From: Methanobacteriota archaeon
GTDB lineage: Archaea; Halobacteriota; Bog-38; Methanoflorentales; Methanoflorentaceae
Assembly (NCBI GenBank): GCA_963719035.1
Contig: CAVRAO010000009.1
Location: forward strand, 1-13,525
Direction of reading: 5' to 3'
Length of the DNA: 13,525 nucleotides
Numbering within the stretch: position 1 is the stretch's first letter; every line of letters starts with the position of its first letter. The position numbers and the translations under genes are program-made. Below are positions 1-8,596 of the stretch, piece by piece. The notes beneath the pieces are model-generated. The model was given only the letters and a program-made list of their open reading frames with translations, did not search any database and had not been told where the DNA came from.

Positions 1-679
1 GCAAAATATTTCGAGTCTTTTCTCTGCCTAAGTATATCGGTACAGTCCGAGCCCCTGCTTTTTGATCACCTTCTATATCCCGAACGTCGAGCAGGATGGT
101 GTTAATCAAAATCTTCAAAAAAATGAAATAAGCGACGAGTGCGATGATGAGGGGATTACCGACGTGGATGACGAGCGGCAATAGAATCGCTCCTGTAGTA
201 ATCGCGCCAGCGATCATGAGGTTCTTCATAAATAGTATGTTTTTCGTCCTCATTTTACGCACTCCGACGCTGTAAAAGGCGCCGGCGTAAAAAGGAAGGA
301 GAATTATGATGATCGCGTACGGATTGCTGAAGAAAGCTAAAACTATCGCGATATTAATTGATTCGATACTTACAAAAAGAAGAATATTGCCGTACTTTTT
401 TGACAATCGACTCCTGTCGGGCAGATTTATTGCATCTTCTTTAGCGTCTGTTACTTTGTTAAGACTATACACCGACACGCCTAGAAAAAACGTAGCAGCT
501 AGGAGCAGATAACTACTTGGCGTCCCTTGAAGCAGAAAAGAGACGTAAAGCACCGCTACTAACGCTACTGCCGTAAATACTGAACTGACCGTGATGAATG
601 AGGAAATGCGTTCGAACCGCGAGCGTGGTTGCGGCAAACGAAAAAGGAAAGCGAAGTCCTTTTCCGACGCTCCGTTCAA
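1..679 (-). CDS. UbiA-family prenyltransferase (3' end runs off the window)
   Basis: Not in the ORF track; translated by hand. TTG at 679 follows a GGGGGA SD-like run. Protein reads MNGASEKDFAFLF...GVSVYSLNKVTDAKEDAINLPDR...INTILLDVRDIEGDQKAGARTVPIYLG, with both UbiA aspartate-rich motifs and several hydrophobic helices. Frame is open to position 1. Confidence 0.88.
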   Translation of the reverse strand, partial: MNGASEKDFAFLFRLPQPRSRFERISSFITVSSVFTAVALVAVLYVSFLLQGTPSSYLLLAATFFLGVSVYSLNKVTDAKEDAINLPDRSRLSKKYGNILLFVSIESINIAIVLAFFSNPYAIIIILLPFYAGAFYSVGVRKMRTKNILFMKNLMIAGAITTGAILLPLVIHVGNPLIIALVAYFIFLKILINTILLDVRDIEGDQKAGARTVPIYLGREKTRNIL

Positions 680-756
680 TTCTTTATCCCCCTGCCATTA
701 CGTGCAGCTATTGATAAATTAAGTCAAATCTGGTAAGTTACATCAACGATGCAGCA

Positions 757-772
757 ACATATAAAGTTTGCT
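757..772 (-). promoter_or_regulatory. Candidate TATA box for the UbiA gene
   Basis: TTTATAT on the - strand at 765-759, about 80 nt upstream of the TTG, in an AT-rich intergenic region. Confidence 0.35.
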
Positions 773-897
773 ATGTTATTTTCGGATGTTATTGACATAC
801 TGAAATTGACTAGATATATAATTATTGACAGATTAACTCAATCTTTTTAACAATAACGAACAAAAGCCAAGTATGGGCAACTCCGATATCGCTTCAT

Positions 898-904
898 AAA
901 AAAA
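898..904 (-). terminator. Oligo-T (T7) archaeal-type terminator of the regulator gene
   Basis: A7 run on + (T7 on -) 22 nt past the stop codon at 927. Confidence 0.45.
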
Positions 905-926
905 GGGTCTCTAAACTTTCAAAATG

Positions 927-1748
927 TTAGAGATCAAAGATTTCTGCCTGTTCAACGTAATACTTGAACAGCTCTCTCCCCCAGTTAAGTGAATCTTCGC
1001 TGTAACTTATAAGCTCATTTGACCAGTCGTACGTCTTGTCTGGCCTGAAGAAACCAAGCTCTAAAAAGTAGTCAGTGACCGTAAATGCAACGGATGGCTG
1101 AGTTTCAATTGTATAGATCTTCAGATTTCCTTTAAGGGCTTCTTTAAGTTCAGTGCGCTCCGTGGTATTGAGGATCGCTTCTAAAACTTCAGGCGTGACG
1201 ACAAGTTTAATGTCAATGCCTTTGGCCACCAACTTAATGAAATTAGTCGGAAGATCTGGGATGAAAATAGGGGATACGCCGCGTACTTCTTTAGCGTTTT
1301 CGAGCAGCATAAAGAAGGTTGAGACGATCTTAAAAAGATCAGTGGGGGTACTGGATATAGTTATTGATTGCTCAAGGCTTCCGACCTTGTCGAGCAGGCC
1401 GACTGGAAGACCACTTAAATCATGCTCAAGCCAAAACTGCTTGTTTTTTGAAAGCGCGTTGATTGTGACGTTAGTCTCTTCCAACTTGCGCATGACGATC
1501 TCGCCAATGTTTGTAAGCAAGTAATTGCGTTTCTCGTCTTGATAAATCAAATCCTCTTTTGCCAGCTCTCTCAACGCGTGCACCGCCGCAGGCGAGCTGG
1601 CACCTACTTGTTCGCTCAGATGAGAGAGAGTTAGACTCTTACCCCCACGAAGTGCCTCAGCAAGGCTTTTCCGTAAATCAGAACAGGCTAACAGGTGGAG
1701 GATCCTATGAACGGCTTGATCTAGTTCGTTCGTTTCGGTATCGTTCAT
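927..1748 (-). CDS. Winged-helix transcriptional regulator, COG4742/FilR1-like (ArsR-like HTH + DUF1724-type domain)
   Basis: N-terminal wHTH (SDLRKSL...LTLSHLSEQVGASSPAAVHALREL...YLLTNIG), then FWLEHDLSGLP, RGVSPIF, FTVTDYFLELGFF and ISYSEDSLNWGRELFKYY, typical of the methanogen/haloarchaeal family; 273 aa. Confidence 0.88.
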   Translation of the reverse strand: MNDTETNELDQAVHRILHLLACSDLRKSLAEALRGGKSLTLSHLSEQVGASSPAAVHALRELAKEDLIYQDEKRNYLLTNIGEIVMRKLEETNVTINALSKNKQFWLEHDLSGLPVGLLDKVGSLEQSITISSTPTDLFKIVSTFFMLLENAKEVRGVSPIFIPDLPTNFIKLVAKGIDIKLVVTPEVLEAILNTTERTELKEALKGNLKIYTIETQPSVAFTVTDYFLELGFFRPDKTYDWSNELISYSEDSLNWGRELFKYYVEQAEIFDL

Positions 1749-1829
1749 CTTTACTCTCTCGTATGCTCGTCAATCTGAATAACCAACGCGCAAGAGGCTT
1801 TTTGAGCTTGATTATTATTTACTGTTCTG

Positions 1830-1965
1830 CTTAATTTAGTTTTTGTTATTTTTATTAATTTCATTTAAATTTAATCTTTAACAATTATTTTATATATTAT
1901 GATAAAATCTAATTGTTAATAAAATTTAATAACTTTTAAATACTTTGACAATAATTAGATTCTAC
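1830..1965. promoter_or_regulatory. AT-rich divergent promoter region with a TATA box inside an imperfect palindrome
   Basis: Nearly pure A/T stretch between divergent genes; TTTATATA at ~1889-1896; TTAACAATTA (1878-1887) and TAATTGTTAA (1910-1919) are a perfect 10-bp inverted pair. Confidence 0.6.
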
Positions 1966-2136
1966 GCAACTCGAGAGAGGGGCTACGCAAACAGAAAAAA
2001 CTTAGCAACAAAAAATCCGAGCAACCCAAAGTGCAAGCTTCGTAATGCAGTAAAAAAACTGACCCTTCTCTCGTGAAGCGCAATTAAACAGGCACTTCGT
2101 AGCGAAATCCGTATTATAGACATCGAAGAGGTTTAA

Positions 2137-2949
2137 ATGGCGACACCCGGCCCTTCAAAAGTTATCGGCGTTACGTATCAAGACCCTAAAGGCAAAGATG
2201 CCGTTCTGCTTAATGCGCCGGATATCAAAGTCAAGCTTTTAGCTAATGCAGAACTCACCGGCTTCTTATTCAAAGACAAGAAAAACGGCGAAGAGACCTG
2301 TTTAAGTGGATTAAACATCACTGGAATCATCTACGAAGATGAAGACTCATCCGTAGAGAGTATTTTAACCGCCCGCAAGGTGCTCGGTATTATTTATCAA
2401 GAGGGTGCGTCTGTCAACCACACTATCTTAAACCGGTCTAAACTTCTGGGTGTTACATACCAAGACGCGGGCAGCTCTGATGTGAAACTGCTAGGCGGAC
2501 CGCAGCTAAACGCACGGATCCTCAACGGCTCGAGAATTACTGGCGTTCTCTATCAAGAGGCGGGAGGAGTAACCGCAACCTCCTTGCGCGAATCGGTGTT
2601 GACAGGCGTGATTTATAGAGAGCAAAACGCTGTTGACGAAGATATACTGACTAGTCTGAAGATCATTGGCATTATCTACCGAGATGTTAAACCCCCGATT
2701 CGCGCAACGCGTCGCGCACAAAAGGTTGAAGCGTCTAACGGAAACGGCTTTCTCAGGGTCGAACGTTTATTGTTATACCTCTTACCGATCATTGGCGTTC
2801 TTGGTCTCGTAGTGCCGTACGTATTGGAGCAGTTTCAGACCACCATTCTGATCTCATTTCTCGCTGTGCCGTTAATTGTCGTACCAGTGGCCTACTTGCT
2901 CTATCGTAAGTATTACGGCCGAGAGAGGTCGACCGTACACAGTTCTTAA
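2137..2949 (+). CDS. Uncharacterised 8-unit repeat protein with two C-terminal TM helices
   Basis: GAGGT SD upstream of the ATG. Eight units with core (K/R)-h-x-G-h-h-Y-x-(D/E) over aa 7-183, then two hydrophobic segments (LLLYLLPIIGVLGLVVPYVL; TILISFLAVPLIVVPVAYLLY) and a basic tail. Confidence 0.85.
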   Translation: MATPGPSKVIGVTYQDPKGKDAVLLNAPDIKVKLLANAELTGFLFKDKKNGEETCLSGLNITGIIYEDEDSSVESILTARKVLGIIYQEGASVNHTILNRSKLLGVTYQDAGSSDVKLLGGPQLNARILNGSRITGVLYQEAGGVTATSLRESVLTGVIYREQNAVDEDILTSLKIIGIIYRDVKPPIRATRRAQKVEASNGNGFLRVERLLLYLLPIIGVLGLVVPYVLEQFQTTILISFLAVPLIVVPVAYLLYRKYYGRERSTVHSS

Positions 2950-2959
2950 AGGTGTTATC

Positions 2960-3511
2960 ATGAAGAACTTAAGTGGAGCAAAGATTACGGGCATCATCTA
3001 CTTAGACGAAGCGACTGACGAAAAGAAGCTGTCTAGCAGGATGAGCATTAAAGTCAAACTCTTGACCAACTCGAAAGTGGTCGGCGTCCTGTATCGTAAA
3101 GAGAGTGCCGATGAGAGTATCTTAAGTGACTTACAGCTCGACGGGCTCACTTATTGGACGACGGGTGAGGATGATGACCGAATCCTCGAAGCGTCAAAAA
3201 TCACGGCCATACTGTACGGGGAGCCCACCGCTCTCGACAACCAAGCGCTTTGTGACCTGCGGATTAAGGGTCTTATTTATCAAGACGAGGGATCCGACAA
3301 GGCAAAGCTCTTGGCAGACTTCAGTCACACCGTGCACATCGTGCCGTGGCCACAGGTGACCGGTGTCCTCTGTCGACAAAACGGTTCTCTTAACAAGAAA
3401 ATCTTTGAAAGCGCACGCCTGAGCGGCTTTCTTTACCAGGACGAGGGTCATAAAGACGTAAATGTCGTAAGCGGGGTGAGGATATGCGGCGTTCTGTGCG
3501 AACAGACTTGA
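2960..3511 (+). CDS. Uncharacterised soluble 8-unit repeat protein, paralog of 2137..2949
   Basis: Start reassigned from 2876 to ATG 2960 (AAGGTG SD, 10 nt after the previous stop). 183 aa consisting only of eight units with the same core. Confidence 0.85.
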   Translation: MKNLSGAKITGIIYLDEATDEKKLSSRMSIKVKLLTNSKVVGVLYRKESADESILSDLQLDGLTYWTTGEDDDRILEASKITAILYGEPTALDNQALCDLRIKGLIYQDEGSDKAKLLADFSHTVHIVPWPQVTGVLCRQNGSLNKKIFESARLSGFLYQDEGHKDVNVVSGVRICGVLCEQT

Positions 3512-3629
3512 TTGTTATGATTCGTAAACTTAGTTTCATCAATTGCGTGGACGTGAGACGTGACGCGCTCAATGGCAATCTCGCGCACTGTAGAACAGAG
3601 AATCCCGTAAGAAGAGGGGGGCTACCTGT

Positions 3630-4880
3630 ATGACCGAGGCAGAAATGTTAATATGTACCTGCTGTGGCAAGCCGGTACGAATGAACCCGCTCAATGGCTA
3701 TACTTTATGTCCCTTTTGCATCGCAAAAAACGAACACACATGGGTGCCCACGAAACAACTGTGGAGGAGAGGTAGTAATATGAAAATTGCTGTTTTTGTC
3801 AATTCCCAAGCTGAAGCACATTTCTACAAGAACATTATAGCCGCGCTTGAGCGTGATGGCAATCAGGTCTTCGTGCTCGCGCGTGATTGTGATGGAACCA
3901 CGGAGCTGCTCAATGAACTCAACATTCCCTTTTTCCAGTTCTCAAGTCCGCTTGGCCCCGAATCTAGGAAAGTTACCTCACTTCCGCACGATGTCGTGAA
4001 TGCCTTTCGATATCTGAAGGAGAAAAACATCGACTTGACCACGGGCTGTGGCACCTATAGCACCTTCACCGCCTGCTTGCTCAAGGTTCCTGACATCGCC
4101 TTCAATGACTGCGAGAGCACCATTAGTCCTGAACGTTACGCTCTGTTCAAACTCACGTATCAGTTCACCGATGTTTTCGTGACGCCGTCATCATTCAAAC
4201 GAGAGTTGGGTTCAAAGCACTTCAAAGTTGAGAGTTACAAAGAGCTCGCGTACCTCCATCCCCATTACTACACACCTGACCCATCCGTTTTTGATCTGCT
4301 AGATGTTCCTAGGAGCCACGACTATAGTGTGCTAAGGTTCAACGCTTTTGAACGTCCACATGACCCCAGCGTCGGGGTACTGACTTATGCTGACAAAATC
4401 GCGCTTGTGAAAGAGCTTAGCGACTACGGAGAGGTCTTCGTTTCGTCCGAGTGCGATGTTCCAAGGGCGCTTCAAGAGCACGTGCTCGATGTGCCAAAGC
4501 ACAGAATTCACGACGTCTTAAGCTATGCATCGTTGTTTGTCACCGACACGCAGACTATGGCGGCAGAATCCGCGCTTCTCGGCACTCCGACAATTCGGAG
4601 TAGCCCAATAATGAGCGACTGTGACCCCGTCTTTATCGAACTTGAACGTGAATTTCAGTTACTGTTCAACTTAAAGACCCCCTCAGAAGTCGCCGCAAAG
4701 GCAGTCCAACTAATTGAGGATCCCCACGTAACGGAAGACTGGCTAAAGAAACGCGACCGATTATTAGAAAGAAAGCTCGATCTGACGGCGCTGATGGTTT
4801 CGCTTATCGAAGAGTTTCCCGCAAGCTTTGATTATATGAATGCTAACCGTGCTTTGCGGGGCATCCCGATATTTGAATAA
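3630..4880 (+). CDS. DUF354 family (predicted GT-B glycosyltransferase-like) protein; core start probably ATG 3780, preceded in frame by a 50-aa Zn ribbon
   Basis: From 3780: MKIAVFVNSQAEAHFYKNII, SYKELAYLHPHYYTPDPSV, SVLRF, HDVLSYASLFVTDTQTMAAESALLGTPTIR. SD-like runs precede both 3630 (GAGGGGG) and 3780 (GGAGGAGAGGT). Confidence 0.85.
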   Translation: MTEAEMLICTCCGKPVRMNPLNGYTLCPFCIAKNEHTWVPTKQLWRRGSNMKIAVFVNSQAEAHFYKNIIAALERDGNQVFVLARDCDGTTELLNELNIPFFQFSSPLGPESRKVTSLPHDVVNAFRYLKEKNIDLTTGCGTYSTFTACLLKVPDIAFNDCESTISPERYALFKLTYQFTDVFVTPSSFKRELGSKHFKVESYKELAYLHPHYYTPDPSVFDLLDVPRSHDYSVLRFNAFERPHDPSVGVLTYADKIALVKELSDYGEVFVSSECDVPRALQEHVLDVPKHRIHDVLSYASLFVTDTQTMAAESALLGTPTIRSSPIMSDCDPVFIELEREFQLLFNLKTPSEVAAKAVQLIEDPHVTEDWLKKRDRLLERKLDLTALMVSLIEEFPASFDYMNANRALRGIPIFE

Positions 4881-4934
4881 CGTTAATGAGTTGACAATGA
4901 CAAGGAAGAAGCGCTGCGCCAAAAGGGGGGAGCA

Positions 4935-5669
4935 ATGGAGACCGTAGCGATCGTGATCCCGACGTTAAACGAGGCGCGTGCAATCAGCAAGGTTATTAAC
5001 CAAGTTCCGGTCGATGAACTTCAGGGTGCCGGGCTAGAACCTACCGTTTACGTAGTCGACGGGCATTCGACCGACAACACGATCGACATCGCGCGCAAAA
5101 TGGGTGCGCGAATCATCTTTGAAGAGGGCAGAGGCAAGGGCGCCGCCATTCGAACCGCTTTTCGACAGATCGAAGCCGACTACATCATCATGGTTGACGG
5201 CGACGATACGTACCCCATTGATGCGGCCCTGCGCATGGTTCGGCTCCTACAGACGCACGACGTCGTCGTCGGATCACGACTCAAAGGCAGGATTGAACAA
5301 GGGGCGATGACGCGGGTGAACATCGTGGGAAATACACTCCTCACGGTGCTCGCTCGGCTCCTCTTTCACGTAAAGATTAGCGACGTCTGCACTGGGTTAT
5401 GGGGCTTCCGACGCGACGCGATCCAGCGCCTGGAGCTCACCGCGCTAGGCTTCGAACTTGAGGCCGACCTGTTTGCCGAGAGTGTGCTCAATGGGTGCAG
5501 CATCGCAGAGATCCCGATCACCTATCGAACACGGCACGATCGCCCCAAGCTGGTTTCGCTGTCGGACGGGTTGAAGATAGGCGCATTTTTGATTAAGAAA
5601 TACCTGCACCAAACAAAAGGCCAGGCTGCAACATCTTGGGCGAAAAACGCCGAGGGGTTGCACAAATGA
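4935..5669 (+). CDS. Glycosyltransferase family 2, DPM1-like polyprenol-phosphate glycosyltransferase
   Basis: IVIPTLNEA, VVDGHSTDNT, GKGAAI, MVDGDDTY (DxD), DVVVGSR, SDVCTGLWGFRR, GFELEADL, EIPITYRTR. Confidence 0.92.
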   Translation: METVAIVIPTLNEARAISKVINQVPVDELQGAGLEPTVYVVDGHSTDNTIDIARKMGARIIFEEGRGKGAAIRTAFRQIEADYIIMVDGDDTYPIDAALRMVRLLQTHDVVVGSRLKGRIEQGAMTRVNIVGNTLLTVLARLLFHVKISDVCTGLWGFRRDAIQRLELTALGFELEADLFAESVLNGCSIAEIPITYRTRHDRPKLVSLSDGLKIGAFLIKKYLHQTKGQAATSWAKNAEGLHK

Positions 5670-5762
5670 CATTAGGGACCCCCGCACATCGGCGCGGCGC
5701 GACAGTGGCGTTGCTGTTTGAAGAACTGGCTGATGCAATAAACGAGCTAGGGGGCGATTAAC

Positions 5763-5945
5763 GTGAACGCACAGATACTGCAGGGAATACAGTCGGATAC
5801 CACAGCGGAATACCTTATACTTGGGGTGATTCTGCTTTGCACAGTTCTGCTCATTTATGTGTGGATGAAAGGCAGAGAGGATAACAAGGAGAAGAGTGAA
5901 CACCGGGAAAGTACCAAAGGGGGGCTTAATTCTGACGGTATGTGA
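5763..5945 (+). CDS. Small single-pass membrane protein (60 aa)
   Basis: GTG start after AGGGGG; one hydrophobic helix YLILGVILLCTVLLIYVWM followed by KGR and a charged tail; same strand as the operon. Confidence 0.55.
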   Translation: MNAQILQGIQSDTTAEYLILGVILLCTVLLIYVWMKGREDNKEKSEHRESTKGGLNSDGM

Positions 5946-6168
5946 AGCGAACTGCCTCGCAGGAACCCGCTTGGCCAGCAGATCTGCCCTATCGATCGCA
6001 TCGACGGCTGAATCGAGGTTACGTAGATGTTATGGGTGACCGCCACCAATCGGCGCGGCGCGCTCACGGCACCCCTGAAATGGGATCCTGACGCATCACG
6101 AGAACCTAAAGCACCGTGCGAGATCACGCATAGCTGTTTTCAGGCGTACGGGCAGGAGGAACGATGAC

Positions 6169-7104
6169 ATGGAGGCACACAAGATATTGGTAACAGGCGG
6201 TGCCGGGTTCATCGGAACGAACCTAGTCACCGAACTGCGGAAGCGCGGTCACGAGGTGCTCGTGACCGATCAGTACAACACTGACCGAGAAGCCTACCTC
6301 AGAGCTGACGTGCGGAACTACCGACAAGTGCAGAAGCTCTGGGATGGCCAGGACTACGATTACGTATACCACCTCGCGGCCGAGTACGGACGATGGAACG
6401 GGGAAGATTACTATGAGAATCTGTGGGCCACGAACGTCATCGGGACGAAACACGTCCTGCGGATGCAAGAGAAAAAAGGCTTTCGGTTGATCTTCTTCTC
6501 GTCGGCAGAAGTGTACGGCGACTACGCTGGGGTGATGAGCGAAGACGTCATGAAAACACATCCCATCCAAGAGACGTACCAGATGAATGACTACGCTATA
6601 ACGAAGTGGGCTGGAGAACTGATGTGCATGAACTCATCGGCGATGTTCGGCACAGAAACCGTCCGCGTCAGGCCGGTCAATTGCTACGGGCCTCACGAGC
6701 ACTATACGCCGTACAGAGGATTCATTCCGAAGTTCATCTATCACGCACTGTTCGATAAACCGTATGAGGTGTACACGGGACACCGGAGAATCATCGACTA
6801 CGTTGAGGACTCGTGCAGGACGTTTGCCAATGTGTGCGACTTCTTCAAACCAGGTGAGGCCTATAACGTAGGCGGGCGGCCCGGCTGGGAAAAGGAAATC
6901 AAAGAGTACTCCGACCTGGTGCTCAACGCGGTCGGCAAAGATGACTCATTGGTTACCTACAAGGAGGCGGAACCGTTCACGACGAAGGTCAAGCGCATGG
7001 ATTTTTCGAAGGCGGTATCCGACTTGAACCATGACCCTAAAGTGTCACCCGAAGAAGGCATTAAACGGACCGTCAGCTGGATGCGCTCCTATTATCGGAG
7101 GTGA
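6169..7104 (+). CDS. NAD-dependent nucleotide-sugar epimerase/dehydratase (extended SDR)
   Basis: ILVTGGAGFIG, VYHLAA, FFSSAEVYG, YAITK (YxxxK), RPVNCYGP. Confidence 0.93.
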   Translation: MEAHKILVTGGAGFIGTNLVTELRKRGHEVLVTDQYNTDREAYLRADVRNYRQVQKLWDGQDYDYVYHLAAEYGRWNGEDYYENLWATNVIGTKHVLRMQEKKGFRLIFFSSAEVYGDYAGVMSEDVMKTHPIQETYQMNDYAITKWAGELMCMNSSAMFGTETVRVRPVNCYGPHEHYTPYRGFIPKFIYHALFDKPYEVYTGHRRIIDYVEDSCRTFANVCDFFKPGEAYNVGGRPGWEKEIKEYSDLVLNAVGKDDSLVTYKEAEPFTTKVKRMDFSKAVSDLNHDPKVSPEEGIKRTVSWMRSYYRR

Positions 7105-7108
7105 TTGA

Positions 7109-8108
7109 ATGGACGATGTATATGGTGACTACGAGGGAAAAACCGTGCTAGTGACGGGCGGAGCGGGAGCGATCGGTGGCAACCTCGTCCGCAGACTGGA
7201 CGAACTCAACACAAAGAAGATTGCCATCCTCGACAACCTCTCCTCATCGTACCGACTGGAACGTTCCTGTCGGCCCGAAGATACAGTTCGTTCGTGGTGA
7301 TATCCTCGACGACGAGAAGCTGAAGTTTGTGTTTAAGGATAAACCCGACATCATATTCCACTTAGCCGCGCACTTTGCCAATCAAAACTCGATCGATAAT
7401 CCCGAAACAGACCTCATGGTGAACGGCATGGGAATCCTCAAGGTGCTCGGATATGCCCACCTTACCGGCGTTTCCCGATTCGTGTATGCCTCGTCAGGGT
7501 GTGGGGTCTATGGATTAGATTCGACCATACCGTATACCGAACCTGACGTGTCGATAAGCCTTCACAGCCCATATCAAGTCACAAAGCTCCTTGGGGAACT
7601 ATATACGAACTACTATCATAATCTGTACGGGCTTCCCATCGTTAACACGCGGTTTTTTAACAGTTACGGTCCAGGCGAAGTGCCCGGTAAATATCGCAAC
7701 GTCATACCTAACTTCTTTTACTGGGCGATGATGAGTAAAGCTTTGCCGATTACCGGAGACGGCACCGAAACGAGAGACTGGACGTACGTCGGCGATCTTA
7801 TAAATGGCCTTTTGGCGGCCGGAGTGAAAGATGAAGCGATCGGTGAGGCAATCAACCTCGGCTCGGGCACAGAAACGCACGTCATCGACATGGCGCACGA
7901 GGTCAATCGGCTTGCGGGCAACAAGCTCGGGGTGATGTACATTCAGAGACGGGATTGGGACGCAAAAACGCGACTCATCTCATCGATTGACAAGGCAGAA
8001 AAACTGCTCGGCTATCGACCACGAACGACATTCAACAAAGGACTGAAGCACGTTCACGAGTGGTTTGTTGACAACTGGGAGAACATTCAGAGGAGCGCCG
8101 AATTCTAA
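7109..8108 (+). CDS. NAD-dependent epimerase/dehydratase (extended SDR), split by one apparent +1 frameshift at ~7253
   Basis: 7109 frame has VLVTGGAGAIG...ILDNLSSSY; the next frame has DWNVP...FHLAA, YASSGCGVYG, YQVTK, RFFNSYGPG, GDGTETRDWTYV. Removing one C from gtaCCgac joins them into one ~332-aa protein. Confidence 0.88.
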
Positions 8109-8287
8109 CGATAAGAAACGCATTGCGTCGCCGGAACCCGCTGCAACGTGTGCCTTCTCGATTGCATCGAGGCTGAGCAGCAGTTGCCAGAGTATGAGAC
8201 TTCGTGGGCAGCGGCTCGAATAGACGTTAGGTCTTGGAACAATGAGACGCACGTAAAAGACGATTAATTAAGATCACGAGGTTTTCT

Positions 8288-8596
8288 ATGGAAGATAAGA
8301 ACGAACGAGCGGAGCCTATCTTAAAAGAGACGCTGGCTTACATCGAGACATTAGACGAGGGCATAAAGCCGTTTGCACATAGCAGCATTTGGTGGTCAAT
8401 ACTGTTATCATCTGGCAATATTGTAGCGTCCGTGCAATATTGCCCTAAGGTTTTTATATTGGGGCGTGGTAGTAAAAACGTTGAACCAACTGCCCGCGAG
8501 ATGCCACAATTCAGGGGCTTTTTTGAGCATCTCACGTTTGACATCGGGAGGTCGCAGCTCGACAGGAGCGAACGCTACAATCGCGGTGTGACATGA
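8288..8596 (+). CDS. Hypothetical protein (102 aa)
   Basis: GAGGT upstream of the ATG and an ATGA overlap with the next gene; no recognisable motif. Confidence 0.4.
   Translation: MEDKNERAEPILKETLAYIETLDEGIKPFAHSSIWWSILLSSGNIVASVQYCPKVFILGRGSKNVEPTAREMPQFRGFFEHLTFDIGRSQLDRSERYNRGVT

Noticed and set aside
306-1834. + strand ORFs 306..512, 1153..1524 and 1559..1834
   Set aside because: Antisense shadows of the UbiA and regulator genes.
2876-2959. N-terminal extension of the second repeat protein given by the ORF track
   Set aside because: It overlaps the previous gene by 74 nt. ATG 2960 has an SD and aligns exactly with the paralog's start.
5942-6091. 49-codon GTG ORF overlapping the microprotein stop (GTGA)
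   Set aside because: Arg/Pro-rich composition typical of non-coding frames and no motif.
8118-8268. Cys cluster HCVAGTRCNVCLLDC in an intergenic frame
   Set aside because: Directly preceded by an in-frame stop with no start codon before the cysteines, and the ferredoxin motif is incomplete.
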